Origin: an uncultured Dehalogenimonas sp.
Lineage (GTDB): Bacteria; Chloroflexota; Dehalococcoidia; Dehalococcoidales; Dehalococcoidaceae
NCBI GenBank assembly: GCA_964528105.1
Contig: CAZGRY010000002.1
Coordinates: 1-38,834 of the forward strand
DNA: 38,834 nucleotides
Direction of reading: 5' to 3'
Of this stretch, positions 34,921-38,834 are shown piece after piece. A program made the translations under genes and the position numbers. The notes under the pieces are model-generated. The model saw nothing but the letters and a program-made list of their open reading frames with translations. It made no database searches and was not told where the DNA came from. Numbering within the stretch: position 1 is the first letter of the stretch; the number at the start of each line of letters is the position of its first letter.

Positions 34921-37104
34921 TTACAATAGCGGATCCATAGATAACGCCGGATGGTTTTTCTCGGTTAAAAAGTGCAAGATCGCCTCTTCGGTGGTGCCGA
35001 TGCTTTCATCGGCGATGCGGTCCAGTAGATCGGGGATGCCGATTTCTCGAGCCCGCTCGCTAAACAGGTCGGCTATTTCCTCGTTTAGAGATCGAGGCAT
35101 CCACACCAGGCGCTTGATGCCGCCCTCGGCCGCCAGGAATTTTCGCTGGGTGATATTGTATTTGGAATGGCCGACGAACCAAGGAGTGGTGACGCCGCCG
35201 CCGATGGTGCCGGCTAGGGTGGTGAATTTCATGCCGCAGGGCGTCATGTCTGAAAACTCCCGGTTTACGGCCATCACCCCGTTGCACATCGGCAGAATGG
35301 CGGAGATGCATTCCATACAGCCGCAGGCGGTCATAGGATCGGAGATAATGCTATAAAAGTTGTAGTGATCCACGCTCCCACGGGAAGCCTTGAAAACGAA
35401 CTCGTTAACGCCTTTCCACTGACCCAAACGGGCGTCTATGGTGTCCCCTTTGGGCACCGGCTGGTTAGGCCCCGTAGGACTGATATCGAATGAGGCTTTA
35501 CAGTCCATCCAGTTGTAGGAACCGCACAGCCCGGTGCGCTCGGGGCTGATGACGCAGACATGGGACGGTGCGAAGGATTGGCACAACAGGCAGGAATAGA
35601 ACGTATCGGTAGTTTCATCGGTCATGCCCTCGATACGGGCGTCGCGGGCGGCGTAAGCCGCCTTAGCCATGGCGGCTACCGCCAACACGTCTTCCGACGT
35701 GGTGTAGATTTTCACCTGGATCTTGTCGAAAATGCGTCCGAAATCCTGGTGCAGCTTGGCGTGGAGCAACTTGCCGATATGCTCAAGTTTGAAGCCTTTG
35801 GCCACAGCACTCTTGCCGATGCGTAGCCAGGCGATGTCCCGTTGGCCGATGTGCATCACCCCCTGGGCGTAGTTGATAAGATGATGGATCTGGCGCTCCA
35901 AGATCGGCTCGTAGTCATCCTGCATCTGGCGCCCGGCAACTTCAACCAGGAAAGCCAGGGGGAGTCTAGTGCCGGCTGGAACATCGGTAACTTCCGGGCC
36001 GATAACCTCCACTTTGCCGTCGGTGACGTCATCCATCGGCTTGGAGGTGACCCATTCCACCATGGGCGTCCGTCCGCCGCCGCATTCCAGATAGATGTCC
36101 TCACCTCGGACACGCTCGACCTCGTAAGCCGGGCCGTAGGCCACGGGTACGGGTACCTTGGTGACAACGATCTTCAGACCGCGGACATCGATGGCGCGGG
36201 AGACGATCTTATCGTGGGGCACGCCGGGTACGACGGCCGACGGAATTTCCGGTATCGGCGTATCGGCGACGACCGGGAAGCCGAAGTTCAGGGCGCCGGC
36301 GGCGGTGGCCACCCATTCGTCGGACACATTCCCGAGCGCCATGACGAAGGCATAGACCCGGTTTTTACAGTAAGCCAGCAGTTTATTAACTTCGCCCGGC
36401 ACGACATTACCAAAAGATAAGGCCACACGGACGGCGAAACCAAGGGCGAAAATGGTCGATGAAGTATCCGGCCCGAAAGGCACCAGGCGAGTTGGCCAGC
36501 CGACCTGGACGCCGGCATCAACAAGCTGTTGAGATAGGCGGGTCCCGCCGGTTTCGGCGCTCATGAAAGTGTAAAGGTTGCGTTCCTGGAGTTCGGTGGC
36601 AATCTTGGCGGCGATATCCTTGGTTGGCGCCGCGCCGAGGATGGCAGCAAAGCCCGGGGCACTACCATCGACGAACTCGACGCCGCGCTTTCTTAGAATG
36701 ATGTCGTCGGCGGCGCCGAGCCAAAGGTTATCCAGCATCGGGTCTTCTGTCCGGGTGTAAAACCCCGGCTTTTCGAGGTAACGGACCGCCTCGATGATTT
36801 CCTCGGCATAGAGGGCGGCCATACCGGCGTCCAGTACCGGTTGAAGAGACGCCAGGGTATCTCCGTCGTGCATTACGGGAGGAAGCAGTCCGCGGCAGCG
36901 CTTTAAGACTTCAGGGATATCCCCAAGATATTCCACTTTGTGACCGGTCATGCCATAGATGACAGGCAAAAAATAGGCGGTGTTGGGGAAACCGACTGGC
37001 GCGGTGGCGCCGAAGCGATTGTTTGCCCTGCTACAGTCGGCCTCGGCACGGTCGACCAGCGTATGAGCGCCCCTGATGGCAGCGGCAGCGATTATTTCAG
37101 ACAT
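34921..37104 (-). CDS. acsB: Acetyl-CoA synthase (bacterial-type, A-cluster)
   Basis: FPNTAYFLP, EPILER.IH, YSCLLCQSFAPSHVC, RTGLCG, PMTACGC, RLVWMP. Confidence 0.95.
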   Translation of the reverse strand: MSEIIAAAAIRGAHTLVDRAEADCSRANNRFGATAPVGFPNTAYFLPVIYGMTGHKVEYLGDIPEVLKRCRGLLPPVMHDGDTLASLQPVLDAGMAALYAEEIIEAVRYLEKPGFYTRTEDPMLDNLWLGAADDIILRKRGVEFVDGSAPGFAAILGAAPTKDIAAKIATELQERNLYTFMSAETGGTRLSQQLVDAGVQVGWPTRLVPFGPDTSSTIFALGFAVRVALSFGNVVPGEVNKLLAYCKNRVYAFVMALGNVSDEWVATAAGALNFGFPVVADTPIPEIPSAVVPGVPHDKIVSRAIDVRGLKIVVTKVPVPVAYGPAYEVERVRGEDIYLECGGGRTPMVEWVTSKPMDDVTDGKVEVIGPEVTDVPAGTRLPLAFLVEVAGRQMQDDYEPILERQIHHLINYAQGVMHIGQRDIAWLRIGKSAVAKGFKLEHIGKLLHAKLHQDFGRIFDKIQVKIYTTSEDVLAVAAMAKAAYAARDARIEGMTDETTDTFYSCLLCQSFAPSHVCVISPERTGLCGSYNWMDCKASFDISPTGPNQPVPKGDTIDARLGQWKGVNEFVFKASRGSVDHYNFYSIISDPMTACGCMECISAILPMCNGVMAVNREFSDMTPCGMKFTTLAGTIGGGVTTPWFVGHSKYNITQRKFLAAEGGIKRLVWMPRSLNEEIADLFSERAREIGIPDLLDRIADESIGTTEEAILHFLTEKNHPALSMDPLL

Positions 37105-37133
37105 AACATCTCTCGACGGGTTGAATCTAATTA

Positions 37134-38075
37134 TTAGCTGAGATCGGCGACCATTTCCCTTACCAGCTTGATAGCCTCGGGATGTCGCATGATCAGAATA
37201 TCGGCGCCAGCCATGAGGAGCAGGGTGGCGCTCATCGCCTCTAAAGTGATACCGCGCTTGGCCGCGTCACCCAGCCTGGGGTCTTCGGTTTCAGAAATCT
37301 TGGCTTCCTTTGATTTCCAGGTTTCGCGGGCGATGTTGCAGATCAGCGGATACTGGAGCTTGTCGTCCTGCTGGCTCAACGCGGCCATGCGGATGCGTTC
37401 CATCACCGAGTAGGCATACTCAATGCCGTAGCCGATGGCGCTCACCGTAGGGTCCATGATCAGGTCGTTAGGGTTGACCCCCAGGTTGCCAACCAGGATG
37501 TTGAGTTGTTTGGCCAGGTTGATATCGATCGGGCTGGAGGCAATCAGCGTGTGCTTGTAAGCCATGGCGGCGGCGCCGATCTTCTTGTAATCACCTTCCT
37601 CGACCGGTCCCAGCGCCAGGTGACGGTCCTGGACCGTCTCAGCGACAGCCCGCAGCACTTCAGTGTCTTTCTCATGGTTGGTGGTGCCCCAGACGATAAT
37701 CGGGACATCGATGGCGTGGGCAACTTTGTTTACTACTTGGGCCGCCTCGGCGGCGGAACGATTGGTGCCGTTGACATCGGTGCTTTGGAGCTGCAGGCAG
37801 ATCATCTCGGCGCCGTAGACTTCGACACATTTCTTGGCCCAGGCCACCGGATCATCAAGGACATCGGCGTAAGGCGCTGCAGCCGCCTCCGGCCAATCGG
37901 TCGGCGCTTCGTCGTAGACCTCCATCGCTATGCGAGGCCTGTTTGGCACTGAGCCTTCAAAGGTATGAAACGGGTAGCAGTTCTCACCACCGATGGTCAC
38001 GGTTTTTTCACCATCTCCCAGGCGTATCTGGCGGATGCTGCCGGTGTAGTTGATTCGCGGAATTTCGACGGCCAT
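37134..38075 (-). CDS. acsD: Corrinoid iron-sulfur protein small (delta) subunit
   Basis: TIGGE..YPF..FEG, DPVAWAKKCV, PIDINLAKQLN, MDPT...GYGIEY.YSVMERIR, DILIMRHP. Confidence 0.96.
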   Translation of the reverse strand: MAVEIPRINYTGSIRQIRLGDGEKTVTIGGENCYPFHTFEGSVPNRPRIAMEVYDEAPTDWPEAAAAPYADVLDDPVAWAKKCVEVYGAEMICLQLQSTDVNGTNRSAAEAAQVVNKVAHAIDVPIIVWGTTNHEKDTEVLRAVAETVQDRHLALGPVEEGDYKKIGAAAMAYKHTLIASSPIDINLAKQLNILVGNLGVNPNDLIMDPTVSAIGYGIEYAYSVMERIRMAALSQQDDKLQYPLICNIARETWKSKEAKISETEDPRLGDAAKRGITLEAMSATLLLMAGADILIMRHPEAIKLVREMVADLS

Positions 38076-38090
38076 AGTTCCTCTCGGTAT

Positions 38091-38834
38091 TCAGATACGG
38101 CGGTCAGGCTGGTGCAATCCGTGAGCGAGTTTAGCCGCCTTGACCGTATTGGCCATGAGCATGATGATGGTCATCGGACCGACGCCGCCGGGAACAGGGG
38201 TGATGGCGCCGGCGACGGCCTTTACATTATCAAAATCGACGTCGCCGCACAAGATTCGCTTGCCCGCCAGGGTTTTGCCGATCTCGTTGGTGCCGACATC
38301 AATGACCGTCGCTCCGGGCTTTACCATATCGGCGGTAATGAATCGTGGTTTGCCGATGGCAGCTATAAGGATATCTGCGCGACGTGTGTGGTCCGCAATG
38401 TCGCGGGTGGCCGAGTGGCAGATGGTTACGGTGGCATTGGCGCCAGGCGCCTTTTGTAGCAGGATATTAGCGATAGGCTTACCCACGATATTCGAGCGAC
38501 CGACGATGACCACCTCGGCGCCGTCTGTTTTCACCCCGCTTCGGACCAAAAGCTGCTGAATGCCGGCTGGGGTGCACGGCAGGAATCCCGGCTGACCACT
38601 GACCATCCGCCCGACGCTGACCGGGTGGAACCCGTCAACATCTTTATCCGGATTAATGGCCGTGAGTACACGGCCTTCATCGATGTGGCGGGGCAGGGGT
38701 ACCTGGACCAGGATGCCGTTGATTCTGGGATCATCGTTCAAGGTCTTGATCAAGTACAGCAACTCAGTTTCGGACGTGGATTGAGGCAATGGATAATTAG
38801 TCGATAAAATCCCCAACGCCTGGCAGGCTTTTAC
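38091..38834 (-). CDS. folD: Bifunctional methylenetetrahydrofolate dehydrogenase/cyclohydrolase (5' truncated by window)
   Basis: GILVQ.PLP, KDVDGFHP, PCTPAG, VGRSNIVGKP, VIDVG, ITPVPGGVGPMT. Frame is open to the window end. Confidence 0.97.
   Translation of the reverse strand, partial: VKACQALGILSTNYPLPQSTSETELLYLIKTLNDDPRINGILVQVPLPRHIDEGRVLTAINPDKDVDGFHPVSVGRMVSGQPGFLPCTPAGIQQLLVRSGVKTDGAEVVIVGRSNIVGKPIANILLQKAPGANATVTICHSATRDIADHTRRADILIAAIGKPRFITADMVKPGATVIDVGTNEIGKTLAGKRILCGDVDFDNVKAVAGAITPVPGGVGPMTIIMLMANTVKAAKLAHGLHQPDRRI

Noticed and set aside
1-38834. Mobile elements, prophage, tRNA/rRNA or reductive dehalogenase genes
   Set aside because: No transposase, integrase, phage, RdhA or structural RNA signatures were recognised by eye.

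Overview
Core-genome window from an anaerobic Chloroflexota (Dehalococcoidia) bacterium, most likely Dehalogenimonas-like. The taxon is inferred from the Dehalococcoides-type Elp3, the corrinoid-salvage operon and the partial acetyl-CoA synthase cluster. Left to right: 3' end of rpoC; a membrane-anchored surface protein; ruvB, queH and rimI; a three-gene minus-strand cluster; a divergent methyltransferase/elp3 pair; an hdrC-hdrB-hdrA(tandem)-mvhD-small ORF-mvhG-mvhA-protease operon; an orphan radical SAM gene; a cobalamin riboswitch ahead of btuFCD-cbiZ-cbiB-cobD-cobT-cobS-cobC-cobU. The rest is on the minus strand: trxA, an HdrL-type HdrA with its HdrD-like partner, a NarL/NarX-type two-component system, a DUF3786-like gene, acsC, acsB, acsD and folD (partial). 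The most striking observation is that the methyltransferase head-to-head with elp3 carries the motif set of eukaryotic/archaeal Trm9/ALKBH8 and is followed by a small CxxC...CxxC zinc-ribbon gene. This suggests a bacterial Elp3-Trm9(-Trm112-like) mcm5U34 tRNA wobble pathway. Also notable are two different HdrA modules with ~75% identical C-terminal ferredoxin domains, candidate operators at the hdr and trxA promoters, and motif anomalies in acsB, hdrD and the hydrogenase protease. All calls come from motif recognition by eye; no searches were run.
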